In this document: positions 36,691 through 46,239 of the stretch, piece by piece | How the letters are laid out: every line of letters starts with the position of its first letter | Position numbering within the stretch: position 1 is the first letter of the stretch | Origin: Longimicrobiales bacterium | GTDB lineage: Bacteria; Gemmatimonadota; Gemmatimonadetes; Longimicrobiales; Gaopeijiaceae | DNA length: 64,000 nucleotides | Assembly (NCBI GenBank): GCA_041690395.1 | Contig: JAWLHJ010000002.1 | Span: 657,099-721,098 of the forward strand | Direction: 5' to 3' | Position numbers and translations under genes: made by a program | The notes under the pieces: model-generated | What the model was told of the DNA's origin: nothing | The model's database searches: none | Seen by the model: the letters and a program-made list of their open reading frames with translations, nothing else

Positions 36691-37884
36691 ATGAAATGGC
36701 GTCGGCTGGCGTGGGGCGGCTCGTTGCTCGCGGTGACCGTCGCGACCGCCCTGTGGGCCGCCCCGGCGCTCATCGCCGCGCGGCTCAATCCCACGCTCGC
36801 ATCGCCGCCGACCTCCGTCCCCGAGGCGGCGGCCAGGCTGCACGACTCCCTGCTCGTCGTCGACCTCCATGCGGACGCGCTCCTCTGGGACCGGGACCTC
36901 CTCGCCCGGGGCCGGGTCGGCCACGTAGACCTCCCCCGCCTCATCGAGGGACGCGTGGCGGTCCAGCTGTTCACGGCCGTCACCAAAGTCCCGCGCGGCA
37001 TGAACCTCGAAGCGAACGACGCGGACTCGGACCTCATCACGCCACTCGCGCTCGTGCAGCTATGGCCACCCGGCACGTGGCGGAGCCCGCTCTCCCGGGC
37101 GCTGCATCAAGCGGACAAGCTGCATCGTTTCGCGGCCGACTCGGACGGACACCTCACGGTGGTGACGACCCGCGACCAACTCGCGGCCTTCCTCCGGGCG
37201 CGCGACGGAGACGAAGGGACCGTGGCGGCGCTCCTCGGCGTCGAGGGCGCGCACGCCCTCGAGGGGGAGCTGGCCAATGTCGACACCCTCTTCGCGGCCG
37301 GATACCGGATGATTGGCCTCACGCACTTCTTCGACAATGCGGTCGGCGGCTCGGCGCACGGGATTCGGAAGGGAGGGCTGAGTGCCCTGGGGGAGCGCGT
37401 GCTAGACCGCGTGGCGGAGCTCGGGATGATGATCGACCTGGCGCACGCCTCCGAGGCGCTGCTCGACGACGTGACGAGCCGGACAGGGCGGGCGGTCGTC
37501 GTCTCCCACACGGGAGTCGACGGGACCTGTCCCGGTCCCCGGAACCTGAGCGACGATCAGCTGAGACGGATCGCGGAGACGGGAGGCGTGGTGGGGATCG
37601 GCCTCTGGCCGGAAGCCGTTTGCGGCGAGACCCCGGCCGACTGGGCCCGAGCGGTCCGCTACACCGCCGACCTGGTCGGTGTGGAGCACGTGGCCCTCGG
37701 ATCGGACTGGGACGGTGCGGTGCCGGCGATCGTCGACGCGTCCGGGACGGAGCACCTCACCGCCGCCCTCCTCGACGCGGGCTTTTCCTCAGAGGAGATC
37801 CGGGCGATTCTCGGTGAGAACACGCTGCGGGTACTGCTGGCGACCTTGCCGGCGGCACCGCCCTTCGGGAGACGGAGTCGATGA
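36691..37884 (+). CDS. membrane dipeptidase (peptidase M19)
   Basis: DLHAD, HVDLPRL, GVEGAH, IDLAHAS, SHTG, RNLSD, LGSDWDG, GEN. Confidence 0.9.
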   Translation: MKWRRLAWGGSLLAVTVATALWAAPALIAARLNPTLASPPTSVPEAAARLHDSLLVVDLHADALLWDRDLLARGRVGHVDLPRLIEGRVAVQLFTAVTKVPRGMNLEANDADSDLITPLALVQLWPPGTWRSPLSRALHQADKLHRFAADSDGHLTVVTTRDQLAAFLRARDGDEGTVAALLGVEGAHALEGELANVDTLFAAGYRMIGLTHFFDNAVGGSAHGIRKGGLSALGERVLDRVAELGMMIDLAHASEALLDDVTSRTGRAVVVSHTGVDGTCPGPRNLSDDQLRRIAETGGVVGIGLWPEAVCGETPADWARAVRYTADLVGVEHVALGSDWDGAVPAIVDASGTEHLTAALLDAGFSSEEIRAILGENTLRVLLATLPAAPPFGRRSR

Positions 37885-38369
37885 CGGATCGAACGAGTGA
37901 GCGGACGGACGGTGGCGATGGAGGGCGCGTCGAGCGTCTCTGGATCAAGCGCGCGCGACGCGGCCCCATGGACGCGGTCCAGGACGCGCGCCTCGTCGGG
38001 GGCAAGGGCATCGAGACGGACGCGAACTTCGGCCGCGGACGACGACAGGTGACCGTGATCGAGCGGGAGGTCTTCGAGCGTATCCGGGACGAGCTGCCCG
38101 ACGCGGATCCGGCCATGCGCAGGGCCAATGTCATGGTGAGCGGTGTTCCCCTGGCACGGACGCGCGCCCGGGTGCTCCGGATCGGTGGTGTGCGGCTGCA
38201 CATACGCGGCGAGACCCGCCCCTGCGAGCGGATGGACGCCCAGTGCCCCGGGCTCACCGCGGCGCTCGACCCCGACTGGCGCGGCGGCGTGTACGCGGTG
38301 GTGCTCGACGACGGAGAGATCCGGGTGGGCGACCCGGTATCGCTCGAAGACGGGCCCGAGGCGGGTTGA
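37881..38369 (+). CDS. MOSC domain protein
   Basis: RQVTVIE, RRANV, TRPCERMD, RGGVYA.V..DGEIRVGD. Confidence 0.9.
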   Translation: MTDRTSERTDGGDGGRVERLWIKRARRGPMDAVQDARLVGGKGIETDANFGRGRRQVTVIEREVFERIRDELPDADPAMRRANVMVSGVPLARTRARVLRIGGVRLHIRGETRPCERMDAQCPGLTAALDPDWRGGVYAVVLDDGEIRVGDPVSLEDGPEAG

Positions 38370-38370
38370 C

Positions 38371-38415
38371 CAGCGGCCTCGAGGGGGGCTGAGCAGCGGC
38401 CTCGAGGGGGGCTGA
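38371..38415. repeat. tandem duplication with 23-bp period
   Basis: cagcggcctcgaggggggctga at 38371-38392 and 38394-38415. Confidence 0.85.
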
Positions 38416-38512
38416 CCACCGGCCGCCGAGACGGGCCTGCCACCGGGCCTGCCTCCTGGCGGGCGCGAACCGGTGGGCGGAGTTTCGGCTCGCGCGGCTC
38501 GTCGATCGCGGG

Positions 38513-38661
38513 TTCGAAAGTCGTTCGAAAGTCGAACGACTAGCAGGGGAGCCTCTGCGGTGAATCCCCGGGAGGATCTCCGCGCCATACCTGGGTTTCG
38601 AAGGCTACATCGACTCGTGGGCGCGCCGGCAAAACCGTTCGAGAGTCGAACGACTTTCGAA
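38513..38661. repeat. 149-bp element bounded by 26-bp imperfect terminal inverted repeats (MITE-like)
   Basis: ttcgaaagtcgttcgaaagtcgaacg / cgttcgagagtcgaacgactttcgaa; outer 16 bp perfect; each end also forms its own hairpin. Confidence 0.65.
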
Positions 38662-38707
38662 GTGGCGAAGATTGCGACCCACGCCTTCGGCCCAGGGCGC
38701 CGAGCGC

Positions 38708-39901
38708 CTAAAGCACCTCGCCGAGCGCCGCCATGGCGTCCCGGAGCTGCCCGTCGTCCAGATACGGCGCCGGCCCGAACCGAAGCCAGCCCCCACGAAA
38801 GTCCGTCCGCACGTCACGCTCCCGCAGCGCCGCGGAGAGCCGACCGGCGGCGGGCGCCCGCAACGCGAGGAACCCACCCCGCGCCTCCCGCTCGACCGAA
38901 TCGTCGAGCGACACGACCCCGGGATCCGCGTCGAGGGCGAGAAAAGCGTCGATGAGCACGTCCAGCTGCCGCTGGCCGACCGCCCGGAGGAAGGGCACGT
39001 CGAGCTCTTCTTCCTCGAAGAACCGGAACACCCGCGCGGCCCGGTAGTGCGAAGTCGGGTCGAAGGTGGAGCCCGCGAAGCGCAGCGCGCCGGCCCCGTA
39101 ACGGACCTCCCCGGGCATCTTCGCCTCCGCCAGCTCGCCGAACTCGCCGAACCACCCCGTCACGACCGGACGGAGGGCGCACCCCTCGGGCACGCGCAGC
39201 ACGCACACCCCTTCCCCGAGCTGGCAATACTTGTATCCGCCCCCGACGACGAACGCGCGCTCGAGGTCGGTCGGGTCGAAAGGGAGCGCGTTGAGATGAT
39301 GGTACGCGTCCACGAGGAGCTCCGCGCCATGGCGCTCACACGCCTGGGCCACCACCGGAAGTCCCGGCACGACGAGGCCGGACTCGAAGAGCACGGACGA
39401 CACCATGGCCGCGGCGGTCCGGTCGTCGACGGCGGCGGCGACCCGCTCGGCCAGCGTCGCGACCGGCGAGGCGGCGACCTTCACCACCTCCACGCCCTCC
39501 TCGGCGAGCCGGTCGAGCTGCCTGCGGATCGTATGGAACTCCCCGTCGGTGGTGACGATCCGCGGGCGATCCCGCAGTGGAAGCGCGGACAGGAACCGGA
39601 CGACCAGGGCGTGCGTGTTCGTGTCGATGGCCATGTCACCGGAGATGCCGCCCATGAGGCGCCGATACCCCTCCGCCACAGACGCCGTCTGCTCTGCTAC
39701 CCTGGCCCACTTCTCGTCCACGTGCTCCGCCGCGTCGAGCCACGCGCGCTCGTGACCCTCGAGCGCCACGTCGGGCCACGCCTGGTGGGAGTGGCCCGTC
39801 AGCAGCAAACGCTCGGAGACCCGAAAACGGGTGTAGTGGCGGGCCAGCGGATTCGGGGAGCGGCCGAGCGCCGCGGCGCGGACGGCCCGCGAGCCCCTCA
39901 C
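38708..39901 (-). CDS. kynU: kynureninase (class V PLP enzyme)
   Basis: LLTGHSHQAWPD, LVDAYH, GGGYKYCQLGEG; GTGA overlap with kynA. Confidence 0.82.
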   Translation of the reverse strand: MRGSRAVRAAALGRSPNPLARHYTRFRVSERLLLTGHSHQAWPDVALEGHERAWLDAAEHVDEKWARVAEQTASVAEGYRRLMGGISGDMAIDTNTHALVVRFLSALPLRDRPRIVTTDGEFHTIRRQLDRLAEEGVEVVKVAASPVATLAERVAAAVDDRTAAAMVSSVLFESGLVVPGLPVVAQACERHGAELLVDAYHHLNALPFDPTDLERAFVVGGGYKYCQLGEGVCVLRVPEGCALRPVVTGWFGEFGELAEAKMPGEVRYGAGALRFAGSTFDPTSHYRAARVFRFFEEEELDVPFLRAVGQRQLDVLIDAFLALDADPGVVSLDDSVEREARGGFLALRAPAAGRLSAALRERDVRTDFRGGWLRFGPAPYLDDGQLRDAMAALGEVL

Positions 39902-40686
39902 AGCCGGGACCGGATCTCCCAGAGATCCGGAAAGAGCGCGTGATCGAGCGTCGTGCGCAGATAGGCGGAGCCCGCGGACCCGCCCGTCCCCGTCTTCGAG
40001 CCGATGGTCCGCTCGACCATCTTCACGTGTCTGTAGCGCCACTCCTGCACGCCCTCGTCGAGATCGACGAAGTGCTCACAGAGCTGGGCGTTCTTCGGGT
40101 CGTTCCGGTAGATGTCGACGAGGACGTCCTGGAGCCCCGACGACGGCTCGATCGGCGCGGTGGGGTCGCGCTCCAGCGACTCCCGGGGGACCGGATAGCC
40201 TTCCCCCGCCAGATACCGCACGAGCGCGTCCCAGATCGTGGGCGCGTCCCAGCGAGCCTCCAGGGCCAGGCGGGCGCGGGTGCCCTCGTCGAATCGCTCC
40301 ACGGCCTTCCGGCTCTTCCGCCCGAGGACGAACTCGAGCTGCCGGAACTGGTCCGATTGGAAGCCGCTCGCCCGGTCGAGATGCTCCCGGAAGGTCAGGA
40401 ACTCGGTCGGCGTCATGGTCTCGAGCACGTCGAGCTGCGCGACCAGCACCTTCAGGATCTTGAGCACCCGGTGGAGTGTGTGCTGCGCCCTCGGCGCGTC
40501 GCCGTCGTGGCCCAGGAGGCGCCGCGCGTAATCCATCTCGTGGAGCACCTCCTTGAACCACAGCTCGTACACCTGATGGATGACGATGAAGAGCATCTCG
40601 TCGTGCTCCATCCGATCTCTCGGCTGCTGGAGCGACAGCAGCTCGTCGAGCTTCAGGTAGCGGCCGTACGATTCCGCTTCGGACAT
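39898..40686 (-). CDS. kynA: tryptophan 2,3-dioxygenase
   Basis: YLKLDELL, HDEMLFIVIHQVYELWFK, ASGFQS.QFR, WRYRHVKMVERTIG.K.GTGGS. Confidence 0.95.
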   Translation of the reverse strand: MSEAESYGRYLKLDELLSLQQPRDRMEHDEMLFIVIHQVYELWFKEVLHEMDYARRLLGHDGDAPRAQHTLHRVLKILKVLVAQLDVLETMTPTEFLTFREHLDRASGFQSDQFRQLEFVLGRKSRKAVERFDEGTRARLALEARWDAPTIWDALVRYLAGEGYPVPRESLERDPTAPIEPSSGLQDVLVDIYRNDPKNAQLCEHFVDLDEGVQEWRYRHVKMVERTIGSKTGTGGSAGSAYLRTTLDHALFPDLWEIRSRL

Positions 40687-40855
40687 GCATGATCTCCCGG
40701 GCTGATGGGTGGCGCCCCCGGCGCCGGACCCCGGCGCCAAGATGCCCACCGACCGAGCGTGGGTCCAGCCGGAGCGTGCGCGACGCACCTGTCGGCTTAC
40801 ATTGCGGCCTCGCGGCAGGGAGCCGCACGAACGCATTCCATGGAGGGAGGTCACC

Positions 40856-41575
40856 CTGGGTCCGACAGACCTGACGGCGCTCAACCAGGCGGTGGCGGCG
40901 TGCAGGCGGTGTCCCCGGCTCGTGAAGTGGCGCGAAAAGGTGGCCCGGGAGAAGCGGGCATCCTTCCAGGACGAGTCGTACTGGGGCAAAGCCGTCCCGT
41001 CGTTCGGCGATCCAGGCGCGCGTATCCTGGTGGTGGGGCTGGCGCCCGCGGCGCACGGGGCCAACCGGACCGGACGCATGTTCACCGGGGACCGCTCCGG
41101 CGACTGGCTCTTCGGCGCGCTCCACCGGGCCGGTCTAGCGAATCAGCCCGACGCCGTGTCGCGGGACGACGGGCTGGAGCTCGACGACGTGTGGATCACC
41201 GCCATGGTCCGCTGCGCACCCCCGGCGAACAAGCCCACCCCAGCGGAGCGCAAGCGATGTCGGGACTGGCTGGAGACCGAGCTCGACCTCCTCGCAGACC
41301 AGGTCCGGGTCATCGTCACGCTCGGCGGCCTCGCGCACGCACACACGCTTCGGGTCCTGGCCGACCGCGGAGCGCCCGTGCCGCGCCCGCGTCCGGCGTT
41401 CGGCCATGGGGCCGAGGTGCCGCTCGAGGGCCACCCCACCGTGGTCGCGTCGTACCACCCGAGCCAGCAGAACACGTTCACCGGCACCTTGACCGAGCCG
41501 ATGTTCGACCGCATCTGGACCAGGGCCCGCGCGCTCGCGGGGGCCCCTGCTCCACCGAACCCAACGACGGACTGA
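40856..41575 (+). CDS. uracil-DNA glycosylase family 5 (UdgB-like, 4Fe-4S)
   Basis: CRRCPRL, GLAPAAHGANRTGRMFTGD, RCAPPANKP, YHPSQQN; start probably CTG 40856 (alternative ATG 40742). Confidence 0.88.
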   Translation: MGPTDLTALNQAVAACRRCPRLVKWREKVAREKRASFQDESYWGKAVPSFGDPGARILVVGLAPAAHGANRTGRMFTGDRSGDWLFGALHRAGLANQPDAVSRDDGLELDDVWITAMVRCAPPANKPTPAERKRCRDWLETELDLLADQVRVIVTLGGLAHAHTLRVLADRGAPVPRPRPAFGHGAEVPLEGHPTVVASYHPSQQNTFTGTLTEPMFDRIWTRARALAGAPAPPNPTTD

Positions 41576-41582
41576 GACGACC

Positions 41583-43148
41583 ATGATCCGCTGCACGCTC
41601 GTCACGCTCATGATCTCCGCCGGCCTCTGCCTCACCCGCCCGGAACCCACGCACGCCCAGATCATCGGAGGCGTCGATCTCATCGAGCTCACCGTCGCCG
41701 AGGCCCACGAGGCCATGTTGGCCGGCACACTCACCGCCCGCGACCTGGTGCTCGCCTACCTCGCCCGGATCGAGGCCTACGACAAGAGGGGACCGTCGTT
41801 CAACGCGATCATCCGCGAGAACCCGGACGCCCTCGCCCGCGCCGACTCCCTGGACGCCGAGCTCGCGCGCACCGGGCAGCTCACCGGGCCCCTGCACGGG
41901 ATCCCCTTCATCGTGAAGGACAACTACGACACGCACGACATGCCGACCTCGGGCGGGTCGGCCTCACTGGCCGAGTCCCAGCCGGCTGACGACGCGTTCC
42001 AGGTCCGGAGGATCCGCGAGGCCGGCGCGATCGTGCTCGCGAAGTCGAACCTGGCCGAGTTCGCGTTCACCCCGTACGAGACTGTCGGCTCGGCGCTGCC
42101 GGGCTACACGTTCAACCCCTACGCGCTGAACCGCGTGCCCGCGGGCTCGTCGGGCGGGACGGCGGCCGCGGTCGCCGCGAACCTCGGGCTGATCGGCCTC
42201 GGAACCGACACCGGGAACTCCATCCGGGGACCGTCGAGCCACACCGCCCTCGTGGGCATCCGGTCCACCCAGGGGCTGACCAGCCGCGACGGGATCATCC
42301 CACTGTCGGCCACCCGGGACGTCGGAGGCCCGATGGCGCGAACGATCGAAGACGCCGTACGGGTCCTGGACGTCATCGCCGGGACCGATCCGGCGGACCC
42401 CGTCACCGCCGAGGCGGACGAGCGCCGCTCCGCGTCCTATCTCGACGCCCTCCGCACACGACTGGACGGCGTGCGCATCGGCGTGGTCGGCCAGCTCGCC
42501 TACACACGTACGGCCGACCCGGAGGTGCTCCTCCGTTTCTCCGAGTCCCTCGACGCCCTGCGCGGACTCGGGGCAACCATCGTGGAGGACTTCGAGATCG
42601 CGGACCTCGAGACGCTCCGGGAGGGGCTCGGCTGCTCGCGCTTCCTGTACGACATCGAGGCGTACCTGGCGACGGTGCCCGACGCCCCGGTCCGGACGCT
42701 ACGTGAGATCGAGGAGGGCGGCGACGTGCACGTCACGGTCATGCCCCGTGTCCGGGGGATCCTCGAGAACGGCGGCGGCGACCCGTCCGAGGACCCGGAC
42801 TGCCAGGAGGCGAGCCGGAACGAGGAGCGGCTGCGTGCGGGGGTGAGGGCGGCCATGGCCGAGCACGACGTGCAGGCGCTCGCCTACCCGACCTGGAACA
42901 ACCCGCCCCGTCTGATCGGCGACCTCGACTCTCCGCACGGGAACAACAGCCAGGCGCTCTCGCCGCCGACCGGCTTCCCCGCGGTGACCGTCCCGATGGG
43001 GTGGGTCCGCGCCGGCACGCTCCCCGTCGGCCTGCAGCTGCTCGCCGACGCGTGGGACGAAGACACGCTCATCGGCATCGCTTCGGCGTACGAGGGGGCG
43101 ACGCGGCACCGCCGCCCACCGCACACCGCTCCTCCGCTCGGCGGTTAG
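41583..43148 (+). CDS. amidase-signature family enzyme, secreted
   Basis: GPLHGIPFIVKDN, AGSSGG, GTDTGNSIRGP; signal peptide. Confidence 0.92.
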   Translation: MIRCTLVTLMISAGLCLTRPEPTHAQIIGGVDLIELTVAEAHEAMLAGTLTARDLVLAYLARIEAYDKRGPSFNAIIRENPDALARADSLDAELARTGQLTGPLHGIPFIVKDNYDTHDMPTSGGSASLAESQPADDAFQVRRIREAGAIVLAKSNLAEFAFTPYETVGSALPGYTFNPYALNRVPAGSSGGTAAAVAANLGLIGLGTDTGNSIRGPSSHTALVGIRSTQGLTSRDGIIPLSATRDVGGPMARTIEDAVRVLDVIAGTDPADPVTAEADERRSASYLDALRTRLDGVRIGVVGQLAYTRTADPEVLLRFSESLDALRGLGATIVEDFEIADLETLREGLGCSRFLYDIEAYLATVPDAPVRTLREIEEGGDVHVTVMPRVRGILENGGGDPSEDPDCQEASRNEERLRAGVRAAMAEHDVQALAYPTWNNPPRLIGDLDSPHGNNSQALSPPTGFPAVTVPMGWVRAGTLPVGLQLLADAWDEDTLIGIASAYEGATRHRRPPHTAPPLGG

Positions 43149-43160
43149 AGCCGCAGACGA

Positions 43161-43200
43161 CCCGAGCCCGCCCCCCATGTAGACGGGAGACGGGCTCGGG
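43161..43200. terminator. hairpin between convergent genes
   Basis: cccgagcccg / cgggctcggg 10-bp stem, extendable with G-rich/C-rich inner pairs. Confidence 0.5.
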
Positions 43201-43223
43201 GCCCTGCGGAGGCGCCGGCGCCG

Positions 43224-43820
43224 CTACATGGGCAGCCTGAGGCCGACCGCGAGGGCGTCGCGCCCACCGATGGACGCGCCGAAACGTGCTGCCAGCCCCG
43301 AATTGAAGCCGAGGTCGACCCCGAGATCGACGCTGCCGTCGAGATCCAGATCGTCACCCGGTCCGCTCATGACGTCGAGCGCGAGGTGCCCACCGATGCT
43401 CGGCGAGAAGACGACGCCCTCGCCGGCGATGTTCCACCCGAGCACGATGCCCGCCGGGAAGCTGGCGATCAGATCGTTGCCGACGCCGAGCCCCGCCCCT
43501 GCCCACCACAGCACTTCGGGGTCCCCGGCACCCTCGAGACGGGCGAGCGGACCCGAGACGTCGAGGCCGAACAGCGCGGCCAGGTCGCCGCCGGGGTCTT
43601 CGGTGATGCCCGCCCGGATACCCAGACCGACCGGGGCCGGGGACTGCCGCCAGAGCACGAGGGCTCCGAGGTCGTCACCCGGGTACGGCTCGTGGAGGAG
43701 GATCGACAGGCCGGACGGGGCGCCGGGACGGATCATGGTCGGGGCGTCCCAGGCCACCTGGGCCGAGGACGCCGCGGGAGCGATGGTCAGGATGAGGAGC
43801 GCGAGTGCCAGGCGCTTCAT
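43224..43820 (-). CDS. secreted putative small beta-barrel protein, paralogue of 30088-30807
   Basis: AAGGAG RBS, signal peptide SSA-Q, amphipathic strands. Confidence 0.78.
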   Translation of the reverse strand: MKRLALALLILTIAPAASSAQVAWDAPTMIRPGAPSGLSILLHEPYPGDDLGALVLWRQSPAPVGLGIRAGITEDPGGDLAALFGLDVSGPLARLEGAGDPEVLWWAGAGLGVGNDLIASFPAGIVLGWNIAGEGVVFSPSIGGHLALDVMSGPGDDLDLDGSVDLGVDLGFNSGLAARFGASIGGRDALAVGLRLPM

Positions 43821-43874
43821 GGGATCTCCTTATATTTCGTCGTAAATTCGAGGTATTCGTGGGCTCCCAACCGT

Positions 43875-43890
43875 TGCAAATCTCGCGCCG
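43875..43890 (-). promoter_or_regulatory. sigma54 (-24/-12) promoter
   Basis: CGGCGC-GAGAT-TTGCA (GG-N10-GC) about 55 bp upstream of ATG 43820. Confidence 0.6.
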
Positions 43891-43965
43891 TTCAGGGCAC
43901 TTACGGTCGTGGCACGATTCCTTCATCTAGAGGAAGGCACGCACGATTCCCCGCAGAACAAGCTC

Positions 43966-46236
43966 ATGACACCCCCCGAGTACCCCTCCGACGGCTGGGA
44001 AGTCACACCCGGCCCGTCCACCCGCCTGTCCGACGCCCCCTCCCGCAGCAAGCGGAAGAAGGCGCGCCGTCCCCGTGGTGCGCGCACGAGGTGGCCGAAG
44101 CTGCCGTCGCCCGGGTGGCCGGAGGGGCTGCGGCGACTTCCGATCGCCGCGAAAATCCTCCTCGTGGTGGCCGTGGCATCGGTCTCGCTCTTCGCCGTCG
44201 CCCGGTCCTTCTCCGTGACCTGCGCGCCCGACGCGGACTGCGTCACAGTCGGTGAGCTGGTCGCGGGCGCCCCGCTGCCGGAAGCGATCGAGATCCTGGA
44301 CCGGAACGGTGAGACCTTCGCCGAGGTCGCGGGGCCGCTCCGGCGCGCGCTCCCCGACGACGAGATCCCGGAGCTGGTGCGCCGAGCCTTCGTCGCGGTC
44401 GAGGACCGACGCTTCTACGAGCACGGCGGCGTGGACGGACGCGGCGTGGTCCGGGCGGCGTTCCGGAACCTCCGGGCGGGCGGGGTCGAGGAGGGCGCGA
44501 GCACCATTCCGATGCAGCTCGTCCGGACGCTCTGGAGCGAGCAGCTCCGCGACGTGGGCCCGTGGCGCCGCAAGATGATCGAGGCCACGACGGCGCCCCG
44601 GATGATCGACCAGCTCGGCCACGACCGGGTGCTGACGCTGTACCTCAATTCGATCTACCTGGGGAACGGCATCTACGGGATCGAGCGGGCGTCCCGCTAC
44701 TACTTCGGGAACGGCGTGGCCGAACTCGACGTGGCCGAGATCGCGACCCTCGTCGGCATGACCCAGGGGCCCGAGCGCTACGAGCCGCGGCGATACCCCG
44801 ACCGGACCCGAGTCCGACGCGACGTCGTGCTTTCCATCCTCGCCGCGGAGGGACTCGTCTCGCAGGAAGCGGCTCAGGAGGCGAAGGGGCGGCCGGTGGA
44901 AACCACGCCGGCACACGAGCTGGCGCGGGAGCGCAGCTACGTGACCGCGGCGGTGACGCGAGAGGTCCGATCCATCGCACCCGAGCTCGCGGGCACTCCC
45001 GGGCTCCGGGTCTTCACCACGCTCGACCCCGTGGTCCAGGAAGAAGGCGAGCTCGCCCTCGCGGCTCAGCTCGAAGCCATCGAGGACGGCGCCTACGGAC
45101 CGTACGCCGTCACCGACACGACCGTCACGCTCCAGGGGGCGATCGTGGCGGTCGACCCCTACTCCGGGGGAGTCCGCGCCTGGGTGGGCGGACGTGACTT
45201 CGTCGGCTCCGAGTTCGACCGCGTCGACCAGGCACGCCGCCAGGTGGGCTCGCTCGTGAAGCCCTTCCTCGTAGCCTCGGCGCTCGAGCGGGGGCTGAAC
45301 ATCCTGTCGCCCGTGTCCGCCGACACCGTCCCGATCCAGAGCGCGACCGGTCCTTGGCTCCCGGCCGACCACGTCGAAGAGACCGTCCTCCCGCTCAGGG
45401 AGGCGTTGGTGCGGTCGTCGAACCGGGCAGCGGCCCACCTCGCACAGGACATCGGCATCGACGTCCTGAGGACCGTCGGCCGCGAGGTCGGCATCGTGAG
45501 CCCCATCCCGGCCGTGCCCGCGACGGCCATCGGCGCCTTCGACGCGACGCTTCTCGAGATGACCGGAGCCTACGCCGTGTTCGGGAACGGCGGCCGCGTC
45601 GTCACACCGCACCTCGTCGAGCGTATCGAGGGGAAGCACGGAGAGGTGCTCTGGGAGCTCGAGATCCCCGAGCGCGAACCGGTCGCGCTCGATCGTGTCA
45701 CCAGCTTCGTCGTGCTCGACGCCATGCGCGACGTTGTCGACCGGGGCACGGCGTTCTCGATCCGCGCGTCGGGTTACTGGGGACCCGCGGCGGGCAAGAC
45801 GGGCACCACGAACGACGGGCGTGACGCCTGGTTCGTGGGACTCACTCCCGACCTCGTTTCGGGTGTCTGGGTCGGCCTGGACCAACCCGGCCGGATCGTC
45901 GAGGACGCGGGCGGCGGCGCGTTGGCTGCCCCGGCATGGGGCCGCTGGATGCGTGGCCTCGAGAGCGCGGGGGCGCGGTCGCGGGCCGTCTGGGTCCCAC
46001 CGGTCGGAGTGGAGCGCGTGCGCTACGATCCCGTGACCGGACGGGCCCTCGGAAGCGGCTGCCCGACCCTTTCCGGCGCGAAGCCCGAAGAAGCCTGGGT
46101 GGAAGCGGGTAGCGTGCCGATCGACCAGTGCCGGGGCGGGGTGCTCGGGTGGCTGGAGCGCGCCTGGCACGCCATCGCGCCGCCTTCGGTGAAGCCGGTC
46201 GAGCCCCTGAGGCCGAGGCGGCCGGGCGGAGGCTGA
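43966..46236 (+). CDS. class A penicillin-binding protein (GT51 transglycosylase + transpeptidase)
   Basis: EDRRFYEHGGVD, GASTIPMQL, SLVK (SxxK), SSN (SxN), KTGT; start 43966 or 43909. Confidence 0.92.
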   Translation: MTPPEYPSDGWEVTPGPSTRLSDAPSRSKRKKARRPRGARTRWPKLPSPGWPEGLRRLPIAAKILLVVAVASVSLFAVARSFSVTCAPDADCVTVGELVAGAPLPEAIEILDRNGETFAEVAGPLRRALPDDEIPELVRRAFVAVEDRRFYEHGGVDGRGVVRAAFRNLRAGGVEEGASTIPMQLVRTLWSEQLRDVGPWRRKMIEATTAPRMIDQLGHDRVLTLYLNSIYLGNGIYGIERASRYYFGNGVAELDVAEIATLVGMTQGPERYEPRRYPDRTRVRRDVVLSILAAEGLVSQEAAQEAKGRPVETTPAHELARERSYVTAAVTREVRSIAPELAGTPGLRVFTTLDPVVQEEGELALAAQLEAIEDGAYGPYAVTDTTVTLQGAIVAVDPYSGGVRAWVGGRDFVGSEFDRVDQARRQVGSLVKPFLVASALERGLNILSPVSADTVPIQSATGPWLPADHVEETVLPLREALVRSSNRAAAHLAQDIGIDVLRTVGREVGIVSPIPAVPATAIGAFDATLLEMTGAYAVFGNGGRVVTPHLVERIEGKHGEVLWELEIPEREPVALDRVTSFVVLDAMRDVVDRGTAFSIRASGYWGPAAGKTGTTNDGRDAWFVGLTPDLVSGVWVGLDQPGRIVEDAGGGALAAPAWGRWMRGLESAGARSRAVWVPPVGVERVRYDPVTGRALGSGCPTLSGAKPEEAWVEAGSVPIDQCRGGVLGWLERAWHAIAPPSVKPVEPLRPRRPGGG

Positions 46237-46239
46237 GCG

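Noticed and set aside
38473..38955. ORF with a repeated FESRTT peptide
   Set aside because: The peptide repeat only reflects the DNA repeat element, and the ORF overlaps kynU antisense
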